Assembly (NCBI GenBank): GCA_963702475.1
Contig: CAVPCT010000001.1
Coordinates: forward strand, 1 to 64,000
DNA length: 64,000 nt
Reading direction: 5' to 3'
Source: an uncultured Thermoleophilia bacterium
Lineage (GTDB): Bacteria; Actinomycetota; Thermoleophilia; UBA2241
Under the pieces are notes generated by a model. The model saw nothing but the letters and a program-made list of their open reading frames with translations. It made no database searches and was not told the DNA's origin. Shown one piece after another: positions 41,035 to 50,855 of this stretch (position 1 is its first letter; the number at the start of each line of letters is the position of its first letter). The translations under genes and the position numbers were made by a program.

Positions 41035-41961
41035 TTAGTCCAGGTCGAGGACGCTGCCGGCGCCGGCTGTCACGAAGGCATCGCCGAAACGGTCGCGCAG
41101 CCGGTCCTTGCCGCGTTTGCCCGTGCAGTGGACGGGAGCGACGAGACCGACGCCGGCGCGTTCGAGGGCGTCGCAGGTGGCGTCGAGCCTGGCAGGACCG
41201 GCGTGCAGCAGGTGCATGCCGCCGATGACGGCGCGCACGCGCGGCAGACCGTCGACGGCGAGCGGCAAGCGTCGTCCGGCCGCCGCTGCGGCAGCATTCG
41301 CGGCCACGTCCGCGGCGGCCTCCCGCACCGCAGCCAGCGTGTTCACCACGCCGGCGTGGGCGCAGCCGAGCACGATCACCAGGCCGGACGCAGTGCTCGT
41401 CCACAGCGCCTGGTCGTCCACGACGTGGTCGCGGACGGTGCAGTCGCGGTCCAGGAAGAAGTTGCGCTCCGGCTCCTCGAGGTGCTCGCGGCGTGCGACC
41501 GGCCCGCTCGCCCACACGCCGGGAGCGACCTCAACGGGGCCGACCGCCCACGTGGCCCGCGCGGCCGCGGCGCGCAGCGCCGCGAGCGCCGGCCCGGGCA
41601 GGCCGATGGGATCGACCTTGCCGGTCCGCCCGAGCCAGTAGCGCGGCACGAGGGCGCCGGGGTGGAGCACCAGCCTGGCGTCCGGCGCGGCGGCGGTGAC
41701 CTGCGGCAGACCGCCGCCGTGGTCGCCGTGCCCGTGGCTCAGCACGACGGCGTTCGCGGCGGCGAGCGGCACGCCCAGCGCCGCCGCATTGCGCGCCACC
41801 AGCGTGTTCGCCCCACTGTCGAGCAGCACCCGGGCACCCGCCTTCTCGACCCACGCGGCGAAGCCCCACTGCGCGCGGACCCCGGGCACGGCCCGCTCGT
41901 TGTCGACCAGCAGGGTGACGCGCACCCGGCCGGGCTCCACACTCCGCCGCTCCGTCGTCAC
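41035..41961 (-). CDS. MBL-fold metallohydrolase (COG1237)
   Basis: LLVDN, VLLDSG, LSHGHGDHGGG, DDQAL, GCAHAG, IGGMHL, HCTG. Confidence 0.9.
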   Translation of the reverse strand: MTTERRSVEPGRVRVTLLVDNERAVPGVRAQWGFAAWVEKAGARVLLDSGANTLVARNAAALGVPLAAANAVVLSHGHGDHGGGLPQVTAAAPDARLVLHPGALVPRYWLGRTGKVDPIGLPGPALAALRAAAARATWAVGPVEVAPGVWASGPVARREHLEEPERNFFLDRDCTVRDHVVDDQALWTSTASGLVIVLGCAHAGVVNTLAAVREAAADVAANAAAAAAGRRLPLAVDGLPRVRAVIGGMHLLHAGPARLDATCDALERAGVGLVAPVHCTGKRGKDRLRDRFGDAFVTAGAGSVLDLD

Positions 41962-42129
41962 GTCTGCGTCTCCCTTCGCGATGAGCCGGCATCGTCAGTG
42001 TACCGGTGCGCTCACCGGAGGCGGACCTTCTTCGGACCCCGTCGCGGGAACTCCGCCTCCATCGGCCGCTCCGGCTCGCCGGGGAGACCGCTCGGAAAAG
42101 GCATCACGGCCCGGGTGCGCCCCCCGAGC

Positions 42130-42507
42130 GCCGCCCTGTTCAGCGGCGGCGGCATCGTCATCCAGGACTTCGCGACGCTCTCCGGCAGGGTCTCGATCTA
42201 CTCCACGTCCGACGACTGCGGCGGCGCGGTCACGGCCAATCCCACGGTGCCCGAGGACTACACGGGTGTGGTGCGCGAGCGGGTCGTCGTGGGTCACCAC
42301 GTCGTTATCGGCGCCGGGACCGTGCTGCTGCCGGGGGTCACCATCGGGGAGGGCGCGGCCGTCGCCGCTCTGAGCCTCGTGACGGAGAGCCTGCAGTCGT
42401 GGACGACCTGCGCCGGAGCTCCCGTGCGCCGGCTTTTTCGCCGGTCCCGCGATCTGCTGGCGCTCGAGTCGGCCCTACGTTCGCGGGAGGACGAGGCGCG
42501 TCCGTGA
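42130..42507 (+). pseudogene. hexapeptide acyltransferase, C-terminal fragment
   Basis: GGGGIVIQDFATLSGRVSIYSTSDD, HVVIGAGTVLLPGVTIGEGAAV; N-terminus missing. Confidence 0.65.
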
Positions 42508-42526
42508 GGGGCGAGGTCATGCCGAG

Positions 42527-42616
42527 GTGACCATGCACGGCGACCCCGGCAAGCTGGCCGAGCTCGAGGGCCTGCTCGGCCACTTCGGGTTCTGGTTTGA
42601 CCTCGTGACGCTCTAG
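42527..42616 (+). pseudogene. C-terminal scrap of alkyl sulfatase (SdsA-type)
   Basis: GDPGKLAELEGLLGHFGFWFDLVTL* resembles the F..wF.iVtP end of SdsA-like proteins. Confidence 0.5.
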
Positions 42617-42963
42617 GCCGGGCGGCGGGTGCCGTCAGCTCGCGCCCGGCTCCCGGGTTCGACCGCGGGGCCGGGCGCCGGCCTATCGGACGTCCGCGCG
42701 GGCCACGAGGTCGTCGCGGCTGCGCGCGAGATCGCGAAGCCTCAGGCCGCCGCGCCGGACCACGGCTTGATACGCGCGAGCTCGTCCGCCAGCGCCTCCT
42801 GGGCGACCTCGGTGTCATAGGCGGCCGGGATCAAGCCGTCATAGCGGACAGCGTGCGCGCAGCCGGGGGCGAAGACCGGAGCGGGGCGGCTCTGGTCTTG
42901 CCAGGACGGGCACACTGTGAGCATGTGTCGCGTGTCGAAACGGTCCGAGACAGGAGGGTGTGT

Positions 42964-43176
42964 ATGCCGGATGTGCTCATTGCGGCGACGTTCTGGACGT
43001 TCCTTTGGTGGATCATCGCAGTCGTCGTCTGGGTGCTCTTCATCTACTTCACGTTCCTGCTCGCCGCGAGCAAGGGGCGCAGTCCGTTCCTCTGGGTGAT
43101 CCTGGCGATCTTCTTCCCGCTGATCACCATCATCGTGCTGCTGATCATCCCGTCCAAAGCCAGGCCACCGGTCTGA
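42964..43176 (+). CDS. small membrane protein
   Basis: AGGAGG RBS; hydrophobic 70 aa with A.SKGRS..LW.IL..FFP. Confidence 0.75.
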   Translation: MPDVLIAATFWTFLWWIIAVVVWVLFIYFTFLLAASKGRSPFLWVILAIFFPLITIIVLLIIPSKARPPV

Positions 43177-43192
43177 CCGAGGCGCAACGGTT

Positions 43193-43235
43193 GCGAAGAG
43201 GCCCGCCGCCCGGAAGGGGTGGCGGGCCTCTTCGC
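43193..43235. terminator. intrinsic terminator hairpin
   Basis: GCGAAGAGGCCCGCCGCCC...GGGTGGCGGGCCTCTTCGC. Confidence 0.75.
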
Positions 43236-43285
43236 GTCGCCGGTCCGGCGCTCCTCCTCGCGTCGCCGGCTCACCTCCCTCTCAC

Positions 43286-43327
43286 TTGACAGTGCCGCTG
43301 GTGTGCGGTAGTTATCGTGAGATAACT
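43286..43327 (+). promoter_or_regulatory. promoter (-35 TTGACA) overlapped by palindromic MarR-type operator
   Basis: TTGACA at 43286; AGTTATC-GTGA-GATAACT at 43310-43327. Confidence 0.7.
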
Positions 43328-43349
43328 GTTTGCGAGTGAGAGACACCTT

Positions 43350-43853
43350 GTGTCGCAGCGTACCGAGGATCTCAGCCGCCTGATGCCGCTGCTGCGGCAC
43401 GCCATCGCGCATCTCGGCGTCGAGCAGACGACGACCGGCAGGGCGCTCGGTCTGACCAACGCGCGGGTCATCGCCATGGATGCTCTCGACGCCGAGGACG
43501 GCTGCTCGATGGGCGAGCTCGCCCGCCGGCTCGAGCTGCCGTCCCCGCTGGCGACCCGGGTCGCGGACGAACTCGTTGATCGAGGGCTGGCGCTTCGCGG
43601 CGGAGACCCCCGCGACCGGCGCCGGGTCGTCGTGCGCCTTACCCCTGAGGGCCGGGGGGCGCTCAGGGCCATCCATCGCGAGGCCGAGGAGCTCGTCTCC
43701 ACCGTGCTCCTTCGCATGTCCGAGGAGGAGACGGCCTCGTTGCTCGTCGGCCTCAGGGCGTTCCTCCGCGCGCTGCACGCACCCAGCGAGGACGGGACTC
43801 CCGCGGCGCTTCCCGACCACGACCACACCTTCGCCACCGGGCGAGACCGATGA
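43350..43853 (+). CDS. MarR family regulator with His-containing tail
   Basis: SMGELARRL...ATRVADELVDRGL...DPRDRRRVVVRLTPEG; DHDH tail. Confidence 0.88.
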   Translation: MSQRTEDLSRLMPLLRHAIAHLGVEQTTTGRALGLTNARVIAMDALDAEDGCSMGELARRLELPSPLATRVADELVDRGLALRGGDPRDRRRVVVRLTPEGRGALRAIHREAEELVSTVLLRMSEEETASLLVGLRAFLRALHAPSEDGTPAALPDHDHTFATGRDR

Positions 43854-44743
43854 ACCAGGCGAGCTCCCCCGTGTGGGAGCACGACCACTCCTTCGGGCAG
43901 GAGCTGCGGCGGCCCGGCGAGCGGCGGACGCTCGTCGTCATAGCGATCACCGCCGCCATGATGGTCGTGGAGGTCGTCGCCGGCCTGGCGTTCTCGTCGA
44001 TGGCCCTTCTGGCGGACGGCCTGCACATGGCCTCGCACACCGTCGCGCTGAGCATCGCGGCCTTCGCCTACATCTACGCGCGCCGTCACGCCCACGACCG
44101 CAGGTTCAGCTTCGGGAGCGGCAAGGTGAACGCGCTCGGCGGGTTCACCGGGGCCGTACTGCTGGCGTCGTTCGCCGCGTTCATGGCCGCGGGAAGCGTC
44201 GAGCGCTTCGTGCATCCGGCCGCGATCCGCTACGACTCCGCTATCCTGGTCGCCGTGGTCGGACTGGTCGTCAACGGCGCCTGCGCCGTGATCCTCAACG
44301 TGAAGGACCCCCACCACGACCATCACGACCACAACCTCCGCTCGGCCCACCTGCACGTGCTCGCGGACGCGCTCACCTCCCTGCTGGCGATCGTGGCATT
44401 GCTCACGGCCAAGTACGTCGGCCTCACCTGGATGGACCCGCTCATGGGCATCGTCGGCGCCGTGCTGGTCGGGCGCTGGTCGTTCGGCCTGATGCGCGCA
44501 TCTGGCCGTGTGCTGCTCGACAGGGAGGCGCCGGAGGAGCTGCGACGCCGTCTCGTGCGCTGCATCGAGGAGGGTGACGTCGCCGACGTCGCCGACCTTC
44601 ACCTGTGGTCGATCGCGCCGGGCATCTACGCCGCGGAGCTGGTCGTCGTGTCGCCCGAGCCGCTCGCGCCCGACGCCTACAAGGCGATGCTTCCCGCCGC
44701 CCTCGGTCTCGGGCACGTCGCGGTGGAGGTCCACCGCCGCTGA
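43850..44743 (+). CDS. dmeF: CDF family Co/Ni efflux transporter (DmeF-like)
   Basis: WEHDHSFGQ, SMALLADGLHMASH, HHDHHDHNLRSAHLHVLADALTS, DLHLW. Confidence 0.88.
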   Translation: MNQASSPVWEHDHSFGQELRRPGERRTLVVIAITAAMMVVEVVAGLAFSSMALLADGLHMASHTVALSIAAFAYIYARRHAHDRRFSFGSGKVNALGGFTGAVLLASFAAFMAAGSVERFVHPAAIRYDSAILVAVVGLVVNGACAVILNVKDPHHDHHDHNLRSAHLHVLADALTSLLAIVALLTAKYVGLTWMDPLMGIVGAVLVGRWSFGLMRASGRVLLDREAPEELRRRLVRCIEEGDVADVADLHLWSIAPGIYAAELVVVSPEPLAPDAYKAMLPAALGLGHVAVEVHRR

Positions 44744-44939
44744 AGACGGCGCCGCGTCGGTCCGGCGCGCCCGGCGGTTGCTGGCGGCGCGGCCGTCTGT
44801 CGACGGCACGTTTGGTCCGGACTGCCCCTGAGGCCGGGTCGAGGGTACGATGGCAGCGTCGGCCGGGTCCCGGCGGGGCGTGCCGGGGCCGGGATCCTCG
44901 CGACGCCCGGCGTCGCGTCCGCGTCTGTGGAGGTGTTCC

Positions 44940-46178
44940 GTGCGCAAGGCTGCAAGCGTGTCGGTTCTCGTGGGACTTCTCGTCGTGCTGTGCTCACTCG
45001 TGCCGGCGGTCGCCGCCGCGGGGGGCTGGGAGAGTCAGGCCTCGGGTACGACGCGGTCGCTGAAGGCTGTCGCCTTCGCGGATGCGACGCACGGCTGGGT
45101 CGTGGGAGAGGTGGGGGCCATCCGTGCGACCGGTGATGGCGGTTCGACCTGGAAGGCACAGGCCTCCGGGACCGATCAGGAGCTCTACGGCGTAGCGTTC
45201 GGCGACGCGAAGCACGGGTGGGCGGTCGGCGAGGGTGGCATCCTCGTCGCCACAGCGGACGGCGGCGCGTCGTGGGCGCCGCAGATGTCTGCGGCGCAGA
45301 ACGCGCTGTTCGGTGCGGCGGCGACCGACGCGGCCCACGCCTGGGCCGTCGGACTCGGCGGCACGATCGTCGCGACGACCGACGGCGGAGACCACTGGGC
45401 GGCCCAGACGTCGGGCACGAACGTGCCCCTGAGCGCCGTCGCCTTCGTCGACACGTCTCGCGGGTGGGCCGTGGGCTCCGGAGGTGCGATCCTCGCTACC
45501 TCCGACGGCGGAGTCCGCTGGACCCCGCAGGCCTCGGGGAGCACGGCGGACCTGCGGGCGGTCGCGTTCGCAGACGCGTCGCACGGCTGGGCCGTCGGCA
45601 ACGACGGGGTCGGCGGCGTCATCCTCGCCACGAAGGACGGCGGAGCCACCTGGGCGCCCCAGAGTCTGGGCGCCTCGTACAAGGTCGCGTGGCTCACCGG
45701 CATCGCCACCGCGGGCGCCTCGCGCGCCTGGGCGGTGGGCAACTGGGGCTCCATCCTCGCCACCGGCAACGCCGGCGATACCTGGTCGGCGCAGAGCTCG
45801 GGGAGCAGCGACAACCTCACCGGCGTGTGCGTCGCCGACGCGTCGCGCGGCTGGGTCTGCGGCTGGAACGGCACTGTTCTCGCTACCGCGAGCGGGGGTC
45901 AGGAGCCGCAGCCGTCAGCCGCGCCGGTCATCACCGGCCTCAGCCCGTCCTCGGCCAGGCGCGGCGCCGTGGTCACCGTGAAGGGCCGGGACTTCGGCGC
46001 CGCGCGCGGCGCCGGCACGGTGCGCTTCGGCGCCGCCGTGTGCACGGCGTACGTCTCGTGGAGCGTCTCGGCGATCCGCTGCAAGGTGCCTGGCAAGGCT
46101 GCCATCGGCGCCGTCAAGGTCACGGTGACCACTGCCTCCGGCACGAGCAACGCCAAGAGCCTGCGGGTGAAGAGGTAG
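44940..46178 (+). CDS. secreted YCF48-like beta-propeller + IPT/TIG protein
   Basis: Seven repeats of W..Q.SG....L..VAF.D..HGWAVG..G.I.AT.DGG; C-terminal IPT. Confidence 0.88.
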   Translation: MRKAASVSVLVGLLVVLCSLVPAVAAAGGWESQASGTTRSLKAVAFADATHGWVVGEVGAIRATGDGGSTWKAQASGTDQELYGVAFGDAKHGWAVGEGGILVATADGGASWAPQMSAAQNALFGAAATDAAHAWAVGLGGTIVATTDGGDHWAAQTSGTNVPLSAVAFVDTSRGWAVGSGGAILATSDGGVRWTPQASGSTADLRAVAFADASHGWAVGNDGVGGVILATKDGGATWAPQSLGASYKVAWLTGIATAGASRAWAVGNWGSILATGNAGDTWSAQSSGSSDNLTGVCVADASRGWVCGWNGTVLATASGGQEPQPSAAPVITGLSPSSARRGAVVTVKGRDFGAARGAGTVRFGAAVCTAYVSWSVSAIRCKVPGKAAIGAVKVTVTTASGTSNAKSLRVKR

Positions 46179-46223
46179 CGGCGGACTCGCCGGCGCAGGC
46201 GTTCGTCGGAGGAGGGCCGCTCT

Positions 46224-47216
46224 GTGTCGCTCGTCGTCGTGACCGGTGCTTCCGGGCTCGTGGGGGCCAATCTGGTGCGGGACCTCGTGCGTGAGGGGAG
46301 GCAGGTCCGCGTGCTGGTGCGCGCCGACACGCGCGCCGTGGATGGGCTCCCGGTCGAGCTGGCGCGAGGCGACCTGCGTGACGCGGCGGCCGTGTCGAAG
46401 GCGGTGGCCGGAGCCGACGCGGTGTACCACATGGCCGGTTCCATCAGCGTCGGGCAGCTCCCGCCGGCGTACGTGCACGCCGTCAACGTCGGCGGCACGG
46501 AGAACGTCGTCCGGGCTTGCACGGCGTGGGGCGTGGGGCGGCTGGTCTACTGCAGCTCCGTCCACGCTCTCGACCACCGGCCGGACGAGGTGCCTGTCGA
46601 CGAGCAGCGCCCGCTGTGGACCGACGACCGGCACTGCTCGACCTACGACTTCTCCAAGGCCACCGCGGAGCGCGTCGTGCTCGGCGCCGTCCGGCAGGGA
46701 CTGCACGCGGTCATCGTCAACCCGACTGCCATCGTCGGCCCCTGCGATTTCAAGCCCTCGTGGATCGGCCGGTTCCTCCTCCGGCTGGCTCACGGCCGCC
46801 AGCCGGTGCTGATGGACGCGGGCTTCGACTGGGTGGACGCGCGCGACGTGGCCGCAGGGGCGCGGGCCGCCGAGCGGCTCGGCCGGGCCGGGGAGCGCTA
46901 TCTGCTCTCCGGCCACTGGTGCTCACTGCCCGACATGGCGGCCCTGGTCGCTCGGGCTACGGGCCGGACCCTGCGCAACATCACGCTCCCGGTGGGGTGG
47001 GCGCAGGCGCTGGCCCGCCCGTACGCGTCCGCGAACCGGCTGGTCGGGAGGGTCACGCCGATCACGCCCGAGGCCGTGGAGGCCACACGTCACTGCCGCC
47101 TCGTGAGCCGCGCCAAGGCGGGCGCCGAGCTCGGCTACGCGCCGCGGCCGCTGCCCGAGACGCTGGCCGACACCGTCGCCTGGCTGGACGGCCGCGCGCG
47201 ATACACTCCGTCCTGA
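46224..47216 (+). CDS. NAD-dependent epimerase/dehydratase (dihydroflavonol reductase-like)
   Basis: VTGASGLVG, YDFSK, VNPTAIVGP, VDARDVA. Confidence 0.9.
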   Translation: MSLVVVTGASGLVGANLVRDLVREGRQVRVLVRADTRAVDGLPVELARGDLRDAAAVSKAVAGADAVYHMAGSISVGQLPPAYVHAVNVGGTENVVRACTAWGVGRLVYCSSVHALDHRPDEVPVDEQRPLWTDDRHCSTYDFSKATAERVVLGAVRQGLHAVIVNPTAIVGPCDFKPSWIGRFLLRLAHGRQPVLMDAGFDWVDARDVAAGARAAERLGRAGERYLLSGHWCSLPDMAALVARATGRTLRNITLPVGWAQALARPYASANRLVGRVTPITPEAVEATRHCRLVSRAKAGAELGYAPRPLPETLADTVAWLDGRARYTPS

Positions 47217-47218
47217 CG

Positions 47219-49222
47219 ATGGACGCGAGCGACTTCAAGACATCGGCCTCGGGGCGCGTGGTCACCTGCCCGGAGGGCTACGCAGCCTTCGTACCGGCGC
47301 CGCTGCCTCCGCGGCTGGCGTTCACGCGCGAGCTGGCCGTCGCCCTCTCGCGCGCCGACGCCGCCCTCGGCGTGCTCTCCGGCCTCGGCGGCGAGCTGCC
47401 CGACCCGGCGGCGCTGGCGGCGCCGTTCCTCCGGCAGGAGGCGCTCTGCTCGTCGCGCATCGAGGGCGCGGACGTGAGCCTCACGGAGGTGCTGCTCGAT
47501 GAGATCGCCGCGGCGCCGCCGGGCTCCCGCGCCGACCAGCTCGCCGAGGTGCGCAACGCCCTGGCGACGCTCACCTACGGTGTCGAGGCCGTCGTGCGGT
47601 GGCCGCTGGACCTCGCGCTGGTCCGCAGCCTGCACGCTCGCCTGCTCCGCGGCGAACCCGCCACGGCGCGGGCGCCCGGTGAGTTCCGGACCACCCAGAA
47701 CTGGATCGGACCGCCCGGTGTGACGCCTGCGGAGGCCACGTACGTCCCGCCGCCGGTGCCGGAGATGCTCGGCCTGCTCGAGCAGCTCGAGGCCTTCGTG
47801 GCGGAGCGCGACCGGCTGCCCGACCTCGTGCAGTGTGCCATCGCCCACGCGCAGTTCGAATCCCTGCACCCGTTCGTCGGCGGCAACGGGCGCCTCGGCC
47901 GCATCCTCATCTTGCTGTTCCTCGTCGGGCGCGGCCGGCTCTCCCGGCCGCTGCTGTATCTCTCCGCGTACCTCGAGGCGCACCGCCGCGAGTACTACAC
48001 GCTGCTGCAGCGCGTGCGTACCCGCGGTGAGTGGCGGCCGTGGCTCCTCTTCTTCGCAGAGGGCGTGCGCGAGACGGCGGAGCACGCCCACGTGCAGGCG
48101 CGCGAGCTGCTGCGCCAGCGCGCCCTGTACCGCGGACAGGCGGAGGGCACTGGCCTGCGGCTGGTGGATGAGCTCTTCATCTCGCCGTTCGTGGCCGTGC
48201 GCGAGGTGCGGCGCACGCTGGCGGTGAGCGACGGGACCGCGCGCCGCGCCGTGCTCGACCTCGAGAGGCGCGGGCTCCTCGTGCCCCGGGAGGGCACGAC
48301 CCGCCCGCGCGTCTGGGTGGCACAGCCCATCCTCGACGCCGTCGAGGAGCCCATCGACGCCCTTGTGGGTGAAGCGGGTGAGGCTCCGGAGGGCGAGCCG
48401 CTCAAGTCGCTGCTCGGCTGGGACAGGCGCCCGCGGCGCCTGGCCGACCGCCTCATGACCGAGGCCATGGCCATGGTCGACGTGGCGCGCAGCGCCGGGG
48501 TGGACGTGCGGCTGGTCGGCGGCCTCGCGGTGCGCCGCCACTGCATCGACCTGCGGTTCGCGGACCGCGAGTACTCCGACGTCGACCTCGTCGGCCTCTC
48601 GTCCCAGGGCGAGGCGCTGCGCGAGGTCTTCGCCGGCCTCGGCTACGCCGAGAACCTCTACGTGAGCCAGGCCACCGGCGGGCGGCAGCTCCAGTTCGTC
48701 AAGAAGGAGGGCGTCCACGCCCGCCCTCTCGTCGACCACGTCGACGTCTTTCTCGACGTGATGCGCATGGATCACGACGTCGACGTCCGCGACCGCCTCA
48801 CGCTCGACGACTACGCCATCTCGCCCGTCGACACGCTCATCGCCAAGGCCCAGATCGGGACGATCAACCAGAAGGACGTGCACGACATCATCGCCCTGTG
48901 CAAGGATCTGCCGCTGCGCGAGACCGACGACGACCTCTCGATCTGCGTCCCGTACCTCGCCGAGACGTGCGCGTGGGACTGGGGCCTCTACACCGACCTC
49001 ACGGCCAACCTCAGGATCGTGCTCGACTGGCTGGACGATTTCGGCCTCACCGAACGGGAGAAGGCGCGCGTGTACGGCCGTGTCACCGCGGCCCTCGAGG
49101 CCATCGAGGACGAGGACAAGCCGCTCGGCTGGCGGCTGCGGGCGCGCGTCGGCAGGCGCGTGGCGTGGCGGCGCGAGGTGGAGTGTCAGGACGAGACTCC
49201 CGTCGTTACTCCGCTGGAGTAG
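47219..49222 (+). CDS. Fic family protein fused to a Pol-beta-like nucleotidyltransferase domain
   Basis: AFVPAPLPP, EALCSSRIEG, PGEFRTTQNWIG, HPFVGGNGRLGR, PLLYLS, HTH; from aa ~413 RLVGGLAV...REYSDVDLV...HVDVF...K...NQKD. Confidence 0.85.
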   Translation: MDASDFKTSASGRVVTCPEGYAAFVPAPLPPRLAFTRELAVALSRADAALGVLSGLGGELPDPAALAAPFLRQEALCSSRIEGADVSLTEVLLDEIAAAPPGSRADQLAEVRNALATLTYGVEAVVRWPLDLALVRSLHARLLRGEPATARAPGEFRTTQNWIGPPGVTPAEATYVPPPVPEMLGLLEQLEAFVAERDRLPDLVQCAIAHAQFESLHPFVGGNGRLGRILILLFLVGRGRLSRPLLYLSAYLEAHRREYYTLLQRVRTRGEWRPWLLFFAEGVRETAEHAHVQARELLRQRALYRGQAEGTGLRLVDELFISPFVAVREVRRTLAVSDGTARRAVLDLERRGLLVPREGTTRPRVWVAQPILDAVEEPIDALVGEAGEAPEGEPLKSLLGWDRRPRRLADRLMTEAMAMVDVARSAGVDVRLVGGLAVRRHCIDLRFADREYSDVDLVGLSSQGEALREVFAGLGYAENLYVSQATGGRQLQFVKKEGVHARPLVDHVDVFLDVMRMDHDVDVRDRLTLDDYAISPVDTLIAKAQIGTINQKDVHDIIALCKDLPLRETDDDLSICVPYLAETCAWDWGLYTDLTANLRIVLDWLDDFGLTEREKARVYGRVTAALEAIEDEDKPLGWRLRARVGRRVAWRREVECQDETPVVTPLE

Positions 49223-49277
49223 GGGGGCCGGCCGGGGTCGCGCCTGCCCCGTCGCGGGCCCCTCGCCGTTCGCGACC

Positions 49278-50279
49278 TCAGAGCGGCTTGACCGGTACGC
49301 AGATGTCCACCACGGACTTGTGCTCGGGGTGCTGCGCCGGGTCGTTCAGATACTGCTCGTAGCACACGCCGTCCGCCGGCTGGTAGCCGCTGTCGGGCAG
49401 CCAGCCGCAGAACACGGCGTCCCACGCCGCCGCGTAGTCGTCGTCCGTCAGCTCGAACCCGGCGACCGCCCAGGTCCCTCCGGGGATCACCATCGTGCCG
49501 ATCTCGCCGTCCACCTGCGTGTCGTCCGGAACGCTTACCCCGACGCTCACGCGCAACTTGTCGGGTTCCGTGAGCCCGGGGTCGTCGTGGTACACCGCCA
49601 CGACCCTGGACTGGGGTCCCAGGAGTCCGCGCGCTCCCGCCCACAGCATGATCTTGCCAAAGAGCCTTCCGAAGAGTTCGGCGTCGCCCGCGTACGGGCC
49701 GGTGTGCCGGACGTAAGCCAGCGTGAACGCCGGCATCTCCCTGACCTCCACCCGCGCCTCGATGTCGCCTTTGCCTGGGCCGCCTGCCTGCTCCTCGCGT
49801 GCGTGCTGCTCCGTCATCGTCACCCTCCACGTGGACCGTTGCCGTGCGGCTTCACTGTGGATCGGTGTGACCTGCCAGTCTTTGCGCAGCTTGCCGAGTG
49901 CTTGACGATCCTTGCGGTCTTGCGCGCCGGCCCGGCCCATCGTGCGCCGCCACTCGCTTGCGCTCACGCCGAAGGTCTCCTTGAAGGCGCGGGCGAAAGG
50001 AGCCGAGCCCGAGAACCCGCAGTCCAGGGCCACGGCCGTGATCGGCCTGCGTGGCGAGGCCACGAGCTGCCGGGCCGCCCGCTCCACGCGCAGTCTGCGC
50101 ACGTACTGTGCGGGCGTCTCGCCGACCATGGCGGCGAAGATGCGGTGGAAGTAGAACGGCGAGAAGGCCGCCACCCGGGCCAGTTCCTCCAGCGTCAACT
50201 GGTCGCCGAGGTGCTCGTCGACATGGTCCATCACCCGGTTGATGCGGGCGACGTACTCCGCGCGCGCCGGCCGCGGCAT
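49278..50279 (-). CDS. AraC family regulator with GyrI-like effector domain
   Basis: LEELARVAAFSPFYFHRIF, ALDCGFSGSAPFARAFK; YVRHTGPY, YHDDP, WLPDSGY. Confidence 0.93.
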   Translation of the reverse strand: MPRPARAEYVARINRVMDHVDEHLGDQLTLEELARVAAFSPFYFHRIFAAMVGETPAQYVRRLRVERAARQLVASPRRPITAVALDCGFSGSAPFARAFKETFGVSASEWRRTMGRAGAQDRKDRQALGKLRKDWQVTPIHSEAARQRSTWRVTMTEQHAREEQAGGPGKGDIEARVEVREMPAFTLAYVRHTGPYAGDAELFGRLFGKIMLWAGARGLLGPQSRVVAVYHDDPGLTEPDKLRVSVGVSVPDDTQVDGEIGTMVIPGGTWAVAGFELTDDDYAAAWDAVFCGWLPDSGYQPADGVCYEQYLNDPAQHPEHKSVVDICVPVKPL

Positions 50280-50303
50280 GAGTCCTCCCTTCGCGCCCAG
50301 TCG

Positions 50304-50855
50304 TTACTGGTACATGCGCTCCAGGAGGGCGTTCGCCAGCCGCGCGCCGAGATCGGCCGGGTCGTCCGGGTACACCGCAGGGTCCCAATCCACGCGGATC
50401 ACGGCGTCGCCCTTGCGCACGATGATGCCTGCGCGCCCGTCCGAGAACTTGACTATCGCGGCCTGGTCGCCGACGCCGCTCACCTCCTGGACGGAGCCGG
50501 CCTCTGCGTAGGAGAGCATGTCGTCGTAGCCGGCCTGCCCGCCGGCCACGTTCACGCCGAAGTAGATCTTCGAGCCGTCGACGCCCGAGGCGATGAAGCC
50601 GCCGGCCGGTTTGCCGTCCTGGGCCGCCGAGGACGCCTCGGGAAAGGCCTCCATGGTCTTGCCGGTGACGGCGCCGACGTCCGCCGGTGTGAGAGCGTCC
50701 TCGAGCGTCCAGCCGTCCGCAAGCGTGATGACCGCAGAGGACTCTGCGTCGGCCGCCGCCGCCGACGTGTCGCTGCTCTCCTCGGACGAGCCGCAGCCGA
50801 CGGCCGCTAGCGCTCCGACGATGACCACCACGCCAAGGACGATGACCCGTAGCAT
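50304..50855 (-). CDS. hypothetical lipoprotein
   Basis: Lipobox AVGC after hydrophobic leader; VSGVGDQA motif; AGAGGGG RBS. Confidence 0.75.
   Translation of the reverse strand: MLRVIVLGVVVIVGALAAVGCGSSEESSDTSAAAADAESSAVITLADGWTLEDALTPADVGAVTGKTMEAFPEASSAAQDGKPAGGFIASGVDGSKIYFGVNVAGGQAGYDDMLSYAEAGSVQEVSGVGDQAAIVKFSDGRAGIIVRKGDAVIRVDWDPAVYPDDPADLGARLANALLERMYQ

Noticed and set aside
45020-45900. Periodic nucleotide repeats
   Set aside because: These are coding repeats of the YCF48-like beta-propeller blades.
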